From Parcubacteria group bacterium Gr01-1014_2 (lineage in GTDB: Bacteria > Patescibacteriota > Minisyncoccia > 2-02-FULL-40-12), in NCBI GenBank assembly GCA_007376425.1, contig VMGG01000004.1, forward strand, positions 1 to 55,441: a stretch of 55,441 nt of DNA. Direction: 5' to 3'. The notes beneath the pieces were generated by a model that searched no databases, had not been told where the DNA came from, and was given only the letters and a program-made list of their open reading frames with translations. This document shows positions 47,808 to 55,441 of the stretch, one piece after another. How positions within the stretch are numbered: position 1 is the stretch's first letter; every line of letters begins with the position of its first letter. The position numbers were made by a program, and so were the translations under genes.

Positions 47808-48266
47808 ATGAAAAACTCACTAACTTTAATTATTGTAGTTATTTTATTGGTTGTTTCTGGAATATTTTTGTTCGGTCGTCAAAGCAACGGGCCAGAAGTA
47901 TTGCCATCACCTACTCCTACTCCAAACACAAACTCAACAGTCTCGCCCCAAATAACTCCAACTCCGACAGCAATTCAAACTCCTCAAAGTTCAGTCAAAG
48001 AATTTAGAATAACTGGTTCGCCCTTTAAATTCGACGTAAAAGAAATAAAAGTTAAAAAAGGCGACCGAGTAAGAATTGTTTTCAGAAATGCGGAGGGAAT
48101 GCATGACTGGGTAATTGATGAATTTAATGCCAGAACTAAACAGCTTCAGGCTGAACAACAAGAGACGATTGAATTTATTGCTGATAAAAAGGGCCAGTTC
48201 CAGTATTACTGTTCGGTCGGGACTCACAGGCAAATGGGCATGTGGGGCGCTCTAATAGTTGAATAA
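47808..48266 (+). CDS. Membrane-anchored cupredoxin with type-1 copper ligands
   Basis: Pro/Thr linker; H...YYCSVGTHRQMGM motif. Confidence 0.85.
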   Translation: MKNSLTLIIVVILLVVSGIFLFGRQSNGPEVLPSPTPTPNTNSTVSPQITPTPTAIQTPQSSVKEFRITGSPFKFDVKEIKVKKGDRVRIVFRNAEGMHDWVIDEFNARTKQLQAEQQETIEFIADKKGQFQYYCSVGTHRQMGMWGALIVE

Positions 48267-48291
48267 ACTAAAAATATTAAGCGCGCCTAAT

Positions 48292-49407
48292 TTATTTTTC
48301 TTGAGACAACTCGTTGTATAAATTCTCAAATTTATATTGGAGAAAATACCATCGGTAAAGGGCCCAGCCGATTGGCATTGGAAGCCAAAATGTAAATGCT
48401 CTTAGAAGCAAGGTCATCGCTAAGGCTGGCCCGGCGGCTAAACCAAAAGATATTAAAATCAAAGTCATACTGCCTTCAAATACGCCCAAAGATCCGGGAA
48501 CGAAAGTAGCCATACTTATAAATCTCACTAATGAAAAAACAATGAAGGCCAGCCGAAATCCGATAGGATGGCCGATGGCAAAAGAAATAAAGTAAAGAGT
48601 AGTGATATGGGCGAAAATAATCATGCACTGCCATAAAAAAGCCATCCAGAAGCTTTTCGCTTTTTTTTGCAGCATCTTGAAATTTAAAGAACTCCTGAAT
48701 TGATCGAAGATCACTTCGGCATGTTTGCTGTGATCGATAGCATCTTCATCTTTAAGCTTCCTTTTTTTCTCAAAATGTCGATGGAGCCAATTAGTTATCC
48801 ATCTGGCTAAACCGCTTCTTTTGCGCCTCTGGATCAAAAAGAAAACAGAAACAACGATAACAGCTGAAAAAGAAAAAAAATAAATTACATACCTTAGTTG
48901 AGGAACATTAGCGATGGCTCCGCCTTTTAAAATAATTGCCGAAGAAGCGATAAAAAACGAACCCGTAGCCATCCACAGAGTCATTATTTCAAGAAAAGCC
49001 CGGCCCATCCCTTCAGCTACGCTAAGCCCGTATTTTTTTAAATACTGAATAAAAAAGACTTGGCCGGAGAGGCCGGCTGAAGGCAGGGCTTGGTTCAAAA
49101 ATTGAACCACAAAAGACATCGGGTAAAGTTCTCCAGGCTTCACTTCTAAATCTTTAATCCTTAATACATCACGATAATTTAAAGCCTGGAAATAATAGAC
49201 AAAAAGCTGGATTAAGATTATGGCTGCTAACCACCCAAGGTTAGATCCGGCAAAAATTTCTCCAATTAGCTTAAGCTCGGAAAATCTAAAGTAAATGATC
49301 ACCAAAACAGCCAGAGTAATTAAATAGAATAAAAACTGCCCGAGATTTATACGAGGTGCTGAACCGGCCCAATTATTGCTATTTTCGTTTTTTTTTGATG
49401 TAGCCAC
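48292..49407 (-). CDS. Lysylphosphatidylglycerol synthase TM/flippase-like protein
   Basis: LNQALPS, PGSLGVFE and LLRAFTFWLP motifs. Confidence 0.8.
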   Translation of the reverse strand: MATSKKNENSNNWAGSAPRINLGQFLFYLITLAVLVIIYFRFSELKLIGEIFAGSNLGWLAAIILIQLFVYYFQALNYRDVLRIKDLEVKPGELYPMSFVVQFLNQALPSAGLSGQVFFIQYLKKYGLSVAEGMGRAFLEIMTLWMATGSFFIASSAIILKGGAIANVPQLRYVIYFFSFSAVIVVSVFFLIQRRKRSGLARWITNWLHRHFEKKRKLKDEDAIDHSKHAEVIFDQFRSSLNFKMLQKKAKSFWMAFLWQCMIIFAHITTLYFISFAIGHPIGFRLAFIVFSLVRFISMATFVPGSLGVFEGSMTLILISFGLAAGPALAMTLLLRAFTFWLPMPIGWALYRWYFLQYKFENLYNELSQEK

Positions 49408-49525
49408 TGTAGCTACAAATAGTTTAGGAGTTTTTTAAGACTTTATCCAGTTTGGCGTCCCATTGTATTGCTTTAATAACATTTTGTATATAGAATTAAT
49501 TAAAACAGTACCTTGGAGGTAGGAT

Positions 49526-49885
49526 ATGGCGATAAAATGGACTGACCGCGAAGAAGAAGAGCTTCAGGAGATTATAGAAGCGCTTATGGGAAACTGTGAA
49601 GAATTTCTGGAAGGCACCGATTCAGAAAGCTGATTTCTTACTTACTGGACCGACCAGAGTGGAAAAACCACCTATATCAGATGTTCTGATGGAGATTGTG
49701 CTTCAATTTCCTCGGCCGAATTCTGGGAAATTAAAAAACAAATCGGCAAAGAGTGCCTTCTTTGCGCCGGTCCTCTGATGCCCATTTTTGACTCTGAGTC
49801 CAAGCCGGTTCTTTACCTGGTTTGCGACCGATGCGAATCAGTTCACATAGTCGCTTCCGGCGAACTTTGCCTATTCGCCAATTAG
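49526..49885 (+). pseudogene. 119-codon Cys-rich ORF (CxxC...CxxC) interrupted by one in-frame TGA
   Basis: SD ggagg; TGA at 49631-49633; frame stays open to TAG at 49883-49885; hairpin agcctggg/cccaggct follows. Confidence 0.7.
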
Positions 49886-50020
49886 CCTGGGACTATGTTG
49901 CCCAGGCTATTCGTTTATTATGAACTTTTATTCTCTTCCGCTCGGGCAGTAATTTCAAGATGACAGCTTTTGTGCTCCCTGCACCAAGCCTCGCATTTTT
50001 CGGCCCACTCTTTGTCTTCA

Positions 50021-50941
50021 ATGAAGTATAATTACTCTCTTAAAAAATTGGTGACATTGAAAATTGGCGGTCTGGCTAAGTACTTTATTAATGTACAAAG
50101 TGAAAGAACGCTAATTGAGGCGATAGAATGGGCAAGAAAATCAAAAGTGAGTTTTTGCGTGATCGGTGAAGGCTCAAATTTAATTCCAAATGATGAGGGC
50201 TTTAATGGTCTAATAATTAAAAACGAAATAAAAAATCTAAAAGTAGATGGTACTAAAGTTCTTATTGGAAGTGGGAATAACCTTTTAAAAATTATCCATA
50301 GATTAAATAAACTTGGGTTGGCTGGAATGGAGAAAATGGCTGGCATTCCAGGTACAGTCGGCGGAGCAATCTTTGGCTCGGCTGGTGCGTACGGTTCGGA
50401 TATAAAGGATTATCTTGTTAGAGTAAAGCTATTTGATGGGATTAAAATTAGATGGTTTTCAAAAAAACAATGCCATTTTAAATATCGCGAGAGTATCTTT
50501 AAGAGAAATAAAAAATATATTATTTTGGGGGCAGAATTCAAACTGAAAAATGAAAACCCGGAAAAACTTTATAAAATATCTGAAGAGATAATAAAATTAC
50601 GCAAACAAAAATATCGGCAAGGTCTCTTGTGTCCAGGGAGTTTTTTCAAAAACATTGTAGTAGGAGAAATAAGCCCAGCGGCATTGAAAAAGAAATTTTT
50701 ATCAAAAATACCAAAAGAAAAAGTAATTTATGGGAAAATTCCATCTGGTTTTCTTCTTGAAACGATTGGAGCTAAAGGAATGAAGTATGGAAAAATTGGG
50801 GTAGCTAAACACCATGGTAATCTTATTTATAATTCTGGCTCCGGCAAATCAAATGAAGTTGTAAAACTAGCAGAAATTCTAAAAAATAAAGTAAAGAAAA
50901 GGTTCGGTATAAATTTAGAAGAAGAAGTTCAATATTTATGA
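50021..50941 (+). CDS. murB: UDP-N-acetylenolpyruvoylglucosamine reductase
   Basis: IGGLA, IGEGSN, GIPGTVGGA, GSFFKN and LEEEV motifs. Confidence 0.93.
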   Translation: MKYNYSLKKLVTLKIGGLAKYFINVQSERTLIEAIEWARKSKVSFCVIGEGSNLIPNDEGFNGLIIKNEIKNLKVDGTKVLIGSGNNLLKIIHRLNKLGLAGMEKMAGIPGTVGGAIFGSAGAYGSDIKDYLVRVKLFDGIKIRWFSKKQCHFKYRESIFKRNKKYIILGAEFKLKNENPEKLYKISEEIIKLRKQKYRQGLLCPGSFFKNIVVGEISPAALKKKFLSKIPKEKVIYGKIPSGFLLETIGAKGMKYGKIGVAKHHGNLIYNSGSGKSNEVVKLAEILKNKVKKRFGINLEEEVQYL

Positions 50942-50951
50942 GCATTCTAAT

Positions 50952-52277
50952 ATGAGCAAATTTATTGTTTGGGGTGGAAAACCATTAAAAGGAACATATG
51001 TGGTTTCTGGTGCCAAAAATGCGGGGCCAAAACTTCCCATTGCAGCTTTGTTGAGTAATGAGAAATGTATATTCCACAATATCCCAAGAATCTCTGATAC
51101 TTATAGAACAGTTGATGCCCTAACTTCGTTGGGTTGTTCGGTTCGCTTTGTAGACAAAAACTCTGTTGAAGTTGAATGTGCTGATATATATTCCTCTGAA
51201 ATTCCCCTCGAGGCAATGTCTGCTCGGCAGGCCGTTCTCTTTATTGGCGCAACATTGGCACGAACAGGAAAAGTTATTGTTTATCCTCCAAAAGGAGATG
51301 CGATTGGTAAGCGACCACTCAATAGACATCTCGAAGGCATTAAGGCATTGGGAGGCCACATAAGTAGAAAAAATAATCGAATGGAAATATCCATGCCAAC
51401 AAGACCGCAATCAGTAACTTATACTTTTGAAAAAAATACTCACTGTGGAACAGAAAATTTAATCTTAGCTTCGGTGTTTAATATCGGAAAAGTAATTTTA
51501 AAAAATGCTGCGGAAGAACCAGAAGTTGATAATTTAATAAAATGTTTGAATGACATGGGCGCAAAAATTAAAAGAATCGAATCAAGAGTTATTGAAATCC
51601 GCGGAGTAGAGCCGCTACTAAAAGGCGTAGAATCTTTCTCTATATTTGATAGGCTTGAAGCGGCAACAGCTATCATTCTGTCTGTTATGACAGGTGGAAA
51701 TATAGCCATTAAAAATGCTCACAAGGAATTGCTGGAGCCGCTAGTTAAAACTTTAAAAGAAATCGGCGTTGAAGTTAGTTTCAAAAAAAATATTGCCAAG
51801 ATCGTTAAAATAAAAAAACCGCTGAAATCAACGGAGATTATAACTGACTGGCATCCAGGTTTTATGACTGATTGGCAACCTCTCATAACTTTGATGCTTG
51901 CATATATGGCGAGCGGAAAATCTATGATTCACGAACGGATTTTCGAAACGCGATGGAGATATTTAGAAGAGCTACAAAAAATGGGGTTACGATACGATCT
52001 TTTTCACCCGGATGCATATGGACCAGAATACTATAATTTTAATGACTCCGAATATGACGCCAGAGAAACTTATGCAGTAAATGTATATGGCCCAACAGAT
52101 TTACAACCAGCAGAATTAAATTCACACGATGTTAGAGCTGGGATAGATATGTTACTTGCTAGTATCATTGCGAATGGAAAAAGCATTATCAGTGATCCAC
52201 AAAATCATATTGATCGAGGTTACGAAAACATAGTTGAAAAACTCAATGAGCTTGGTGCAGATATAAAAAGAGTGTAA
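50952..52277 (+). CDS. murA: UDP-N-acetylglucosamine 1-carboxyvinyltransferase, Asp-type active-site loop
   Basis: SGAKNA, GDAIGKRP, NAAEEPEV, PGFMTDWQ and HIDRGYE motifs. Confidence 0.92.
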   Translation: MSKFIVWGGKPLKGTYVVSGAKNAGPKLPIAALLSNEKCIFHNIPRISDTYRTVDALTSLGCSVRFVDKNSVEVECADIYSSEIPLEAMSARQAVLFIGATLARTGKVIVYPPKGDAIGKRPLNRHLEGIKALGGHISRKNNRMEISMPTRPQSVTYTFEKNTHCGTENLILASVFNIGKVILKNAAEEPEVDNLIKCLNDMGAKIKRIESRVIEIRGVEPLLKGVESFSIFDRLEAATAIILSVMTGGNIAIKNAHKELLEPLVKTLKEIGVEVSFKKNIAKIVKIKKPLKSTEIITDWHPGFMTDWQPLITLMLAYMASGKSMIHERIFETRWRYLEELQKMGLRYDLFHPDAYGPEYYNFNDSEYDARETYAVNVYGPTDLQPAELNSHDVRAGIDMLLASIIANGKSIISDPQNHIDRGYENIVEKLNELGADIKRV

Positions 52278-52289
52278 TTTAATCAATGC

Positions 52290-52520
52290 AAGCGGGCAAA
52301 AAATTTCCTCCCCTTGAACCCCTCCATTTTTTGCCCGCGAGCGAATCCCGCCGCCCGTCCGCCTCTGGCGGAGAGCCAAGCAGAAAATTGCCTTTCATTT
52401 TCTGATTTTGCGCGCGCCCGATTTTTTAGAAGGTAAGGCAATTTTTATGTGAGGCACAGCCGCCGCTTCCCGCCTGCGCCGAGGCTTCGGCGGGCAGGTG
52501 CGGCGGCTGGCGGCGGGTCA
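52290..52520. repeat. Dense GC-rich hairpin cluster flanking the recombinase module
   Basis: gcgggcaaaaaat/attttttgcccgc; tccgcc/ggcgga; aaaattgcctt/aaggcaatttt; cctgc..gccga/tcggc..gcagg. Confidence 0.75.
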
Positions 52521-52745
52521 GCGCAGGTTTCGCTTTTTGGATTTGTGTATCAGATTTGGTAAAATGATTTCAAAAGTTTGTGGGTGTTCTAAATACGCAG
52601 CAGAATTGAACGCAACGAACTCTGAATTTGGAGATGAACGGGTTTGCTCAACCAGCCCCGCCTTTGGCGGGACTGGTCTCGCTTTGGCGGCGGCTTCGCC
52701 GCCGGTATTCGCCAAATTGAAGCGGATTTTAATACTTTCGGGGGA
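52518..52745 (-). other. Inverted copy of the recombinase 3' end with an alternative C-terminal tail
   Basis: Encodes SPESIKIRFNLANTGGEAA...AYLEHPQTFEIILPNLIHKSKKRNLR*. Confidence 0.85.
52587..52745 (-). repeat. IR1 left arm (159 bp)
   Basis: Reverse complement of 54030-54188; 57 bp identical, the rest diverged but colinear. Confidence 0.95.
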
Positions 52746-52778
52746 ATTCAATTTTTTCTTTTTTCAAAAACTGTTAAT

Positions 52779-54239
52779 ATGAATAATATGAATGTGAAAA
52801 ATTGTGCAATTTATACTCGGGTCTCCACCGATAACCAAGCGGAAAAAGAATTTTCATCTTGCGAAGCGCAAGAACAGAAAATCCGCTCGTATATTTCGAG
52901 TCAGGATAACTGGCAAGTTTTCAAAACATATAATGATGGCGGATTTTCTGGAGCAACCCTGGAGCGTCCCGCACTCCAACAGTTACTTTCAGATTTAAAA
53001 AAAGAAAAAATTGATGTGGTTTTGGTCTACAAAATTGATCGGCTCACCCGTTCGCCGAAAGATTTTTACCAACTGATTGAATCTTTTGAGCAAGCAAAAA
53101 TTGATTTTATTTCCATTACTGAAAGATTTGACACCTCAACTCCAGCCGGAAGATTATTGAGAAATATCATGCTAACTTTTTCTCAATTTGAGCGAGAGCT
53201 AACAAGCGAGAGAACGAAAGATAAAATGTTAGAGCGAGCCAGAAAGGGTTTAGCTAATGGTGGATATACTCCTTATGGCTACTCGCGACAAGAGAAAAAG
53301 TTAGTAATAAGTCCGAAAGAAGCCGAAGAAATAAAATCAATTTTTGAAACTTATGTTGAAACTGGTTCATTGGCCGAGACCTATCGAATTTTGAAAAGCA
53401 AAAATGTAAAAAGTAAGTTTGGCAAAAATTTCTCAAAAACAATTATCGCCTATCTTTTACGAAATCCTGTTTATATTGGAAAGATAAAGCACAATAACCA
53501 GATTTACGATGGAATCCATGAGCCGATAATTTCGGAAGAAATTTTTGCCATTGCTCAAAAAATTCATAAGGAAAAGCAGAAAAATTTTAGAGTGTACAAA
53601 AATTTCCTGTTCGGCGGACTGATAAAGTGCGAGGAGTGCGGCTCAAATATGACTTCTTTCTTCAGCAACAAGCATAGAAATGGAGAATTCAAACGCAGAT
53701 ATTACTATTACCGATGTACTTCTACAACCAAATTTGACTGGCAATCTTGTTCTGTAAAACAAGTATCCGCCGAACGATTGGAAAATTTTTGTCTGGAAAA
53801 TTTAGAGCGAATTTCAGTTGATAAAAGCTATATTGAAAATCTTGTTTTTCGCCTAAATCATAGCTCTGACGCTGGATACCGAGTTGGACACGAACTAACT
53901 GATTCATGTTCTAAATTTTCCACCGAAACCATTTCGGATACTCTAAAATTTTTCCTCAATAAACTCAAAACCACCAAAGGAATTGAAAGAAATCTTTTTG
54001 CTAAAAAGTTTCTTTCAAACATTTTCTACTCCCCCGAAAGTATTAAAATCCGCTTCAATTTGGCGAATACCGGCGGCGAAGCCGCCACCAAAGCGAAACC
54101 AGCCCCGCCATTGGCGGGGCTGGTTGAGCGAACCCTCTCATCTCCAAAATCCGAGTTCGTATCGTCAAACATTGCTGTGTATCTTGAAGATAGTCCGAAC
54201 CCATTTCGCCGCCTTCGGCGGCGGTGGCCAAAACTCTGA
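52779..54239 (+). CDS. Large serine recombinase (resolvase + recombinase + zinc ribbon)
   Basis: YTRVST, FSG...RPAL, KIDRLTR, FERE, PYGY, NPVYIG, HEPII, CEECG and YYRC motifs. Confidence 0.95.
   Translation: MNNMNVKNCAIYTRVSTDNQAEKEFSSCEAQEQKIRSYISSQDNWQVFKTYNDGGFSGATLERPALQQLLSDLKKEKIDVVLVYKIDRLTRSPKDFYQLIESFEQAKIDFISITERFDTSTPAGRLLRNIMLTFSQFERELTSERTKDKMLERARKGLANGGYTPYGYSRQEKKLVISPKEAEEIKSIFETYVETGSLAETYRILKSKNVKSKFGKNFSKTIIAYLLRNPVYIGKIKHNNQIYDGIHEPIISEEIFAIAQKIHKEKQKNFRVYKNFLFGGLIKCEECGSNMTSFFSNKHRNGEFKRRYYYYRCTSTTKFDWQSCSVKQVSAERLENFCLENLERISVDKSYIENLVFRLNHSSDAGYRVGHELTDSCSKFSTETISDTLKFFLNKLKTTKGIERNLFAKKFLSNIFYSPESIKIRFNLANTGGEAATKAKPAPPLAGLVERTLSSPKSEFVSSNIAVYLEDSPNPFRRLRRRWPKL
54030..54188 (+). 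repeat. IR1 right arm, inside the recombinase CDS
   Basis: Pairs with 52587-52745. Confidence 0.95.
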
Positions 54240-54272
54240 AAAATTGATTGGAAAATCTGAATCGCAATTCTG
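54174..54272 (+). repeat. IR2 left arm (99 bp), encodes the current recombinase tail
   Basis: 97/99 match to the reverse complement of 55248-55346. Confidence 0.95.
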
Positions 54273-54358
54273 GTCATCAGCACTTTGTCCTACACAACGG
54301 ACAGGCAGCTTAACGCCCTTTTACGTGAGTTACCTAATGAGACTCACGGGCGAAGTGG

Positions 54359-54580
54359 TTAGGACGCTCTTTCGATCTTGCCGATACATTCGCCGCGCCC
54401 CGCTTTTATTACTTCTTCCACCTGCCGGCGGGCATCATCTTCTGAACGTGCCCGGACTTTCATCACGTACTCGTATTTTGAGTCGGGCTCAGGTACGAAG
54501 GCGTAATCATCTATTTCCGGACAATACACCTCCGAATAGTCGCAACCAACGACCGTCACCACAAAAAGTTGCTTCTTCAT
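54359..54580 (-). CDS. Hypothetical cargo protein, 73 aa
   Basis: MKKQLFVV...; SD aaaggaga; GC-rich. Confidence 0.7.
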   Translation of the reverse strand: MKKQLFVVTVVGCDYSEVYCPEIDDYAFVPEPDSKYEYVMKVRARSEDDARRQVEEVIKAGRGECIGKIERAS

Positions 54581-54624
54581 CGCGATTTCTCCTTTTGGAA
54601 AGTGGCTCGCTAGGGCCGTGTTGG

Positions 54625-55032
54625 TTAACGGATGGAACGGATGGACTGATGCGCTGTCGCTTCGCTTCCGTCTTGAGCGAAGCTGAACTCGAGAATGTGG
54701 TACGGCTCTTTCACGCCGGTACGATACGCACTGACTTCGAGAGTCAACGCGCGGTGCCAGCGGAGAGTCAAACACACTTCAACTCGATGAGCTTCAGCGA
54801 AAGCTCTCTGTGTATCACCACTCTCAGAGTGGCAACCACAGACGAACTTATCAAGCCCGTCGTGAGGATACAATCTCAAGTTCTGGACCACGACACGACC
54901 TTGGGGATCGGTACCGAAAGCCACGAACTTGGCGAAAAAATTCAGAGCGGCGCGATATGCAATCGACCACTCCGTGTTCTTCTTGAGTGCGTCCTTCACT
55001 GTCTTGTCAACGAACAATGAAACTTTCTTCAT
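54625..55032 (-). CDS. Hypothetical cargo protein, 135 aa
   Basis: MKKVSLFV...; SD aaaggaga; GC-rich. Confidence 0.7.
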   Translation of the reverse strand: MKKVSLFVDKTVKDALKKNTEWSIAYRAALNFFAKFVAFGTDPQGRVVVQNLRLYPHDGLDKFVCGCHSESGDTQRAFAEAHRVEVCLTLRWHRALTLEVSAYRTGVKEPYHILEFSFAQDGSEATAHQSIRSIR

Positions 55033-55095
55033 CGCGATTCTCCTTTTGGAATAGGCTCGCTAGGGCCTATAATGCCGGAATGGCACTATGTTTAT

Positions 55096-55124
55096 ACTAT
55101 ACACCTATCAGTATGATTTGTCAA
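55096..55124 (-). promoter_or_regulatory. Sigma70 promoter of the cargo operon
   Basis: TTGACA-17-TATAGT. Confidence 0.75.
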
Positions 55125-55247
55125 GTTTTTGTCAAAAACCAACAAAAAAGCCCTATTTTAGGCCATTTTATGAGGATATTAAAATTTTATTTTTTTCCTA
55201 TGGTTCGAGCCGATATTTTTATTAGGTTCTTTGGCAGTTTTTTGATT

Positions 55248-55346
55248 CAGAATTGCGATTCAGATTTTCCAATCAATTTTTCAGAGTTTTGGCCATCGCC
55301 GCCGTAGGCGGCGAAATGGGTTCGGACTATCTTCAAGATACACAGC
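55248..55346 (-). repeat. IR2 right arm
   Basis: Pairs with 54174-54272. Confidence 0.95.
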
Positions 55347-55441
55347 CACCGAGGATTTGTCAAAGAGTTGGAAGCCGCCTCGCTTCGCTCGGCGATTAAA
55401 TCATAAGGAGAATTGGGCTTAAAAATCAGTTGGCGATTCTG

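Noticed and set aside
52644..52778. N-terminal extension of the recombinase in the ORF track
   Set aside because: Lies mostly in IR1; the catalytic domain starts after the ATG at 52779 or 52788
53983..55020. 345-aa + strand ORF
   Set aside because: Overlaps the recombinase in another frame and is antisense to two ORFs that have SD and promoter; shadow ORF
1..55441. Genome-wide alternative genetic code 25
   Set aside because: Core genes end at TGA at expected positions and lack internal TGA

Overview
55.4-kb chromosomal window from a low-GC bacterium using genetic code 11. Gene content and style suggest Patescibacteria/CPR, probably Parcubacteria (inference). The backbone is housekeeping: fba, secD, lon, mnmA, a short alaS, infA-rpmJ-rpsM-rpsK-rpsD-rpoA-rplQ-rplM-rpsI, mreB, S41 protease, rplI, rpmA, a Xer recombinase with a dif-like site upstream, ndh, gltX, def-fmt, efp, cysS, dnaB, rplU, tRNA-Glu and murB-murA. 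Two structural layers are not explained by this gene list. (1) At the right end, a large serine recombinase lies in a module bounded by 159-bp inverted repeats. It is joined through a shared 15-bp core to a cargo module bounded by 99-bp inverted repeats. The core lies inside the recombinase 3' end, so inversion would swap the enzyme's own C-terminus. (2) A family of modular, nested ~180-260 bp palindromic elements with GAAAA(G)CC...GG(C)TTTTC-type ends is dispersed through the window. They flank GC-richer stand-alone gene cassettes, one sits in frame inside a glycosyltransferase, and others abut truncations of def and rplI. Short palindromes and 7-bp tandem repeats are also translated inside several core proteins. 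All calls come from reading the sequence and recognising motifs; no database searches were run.
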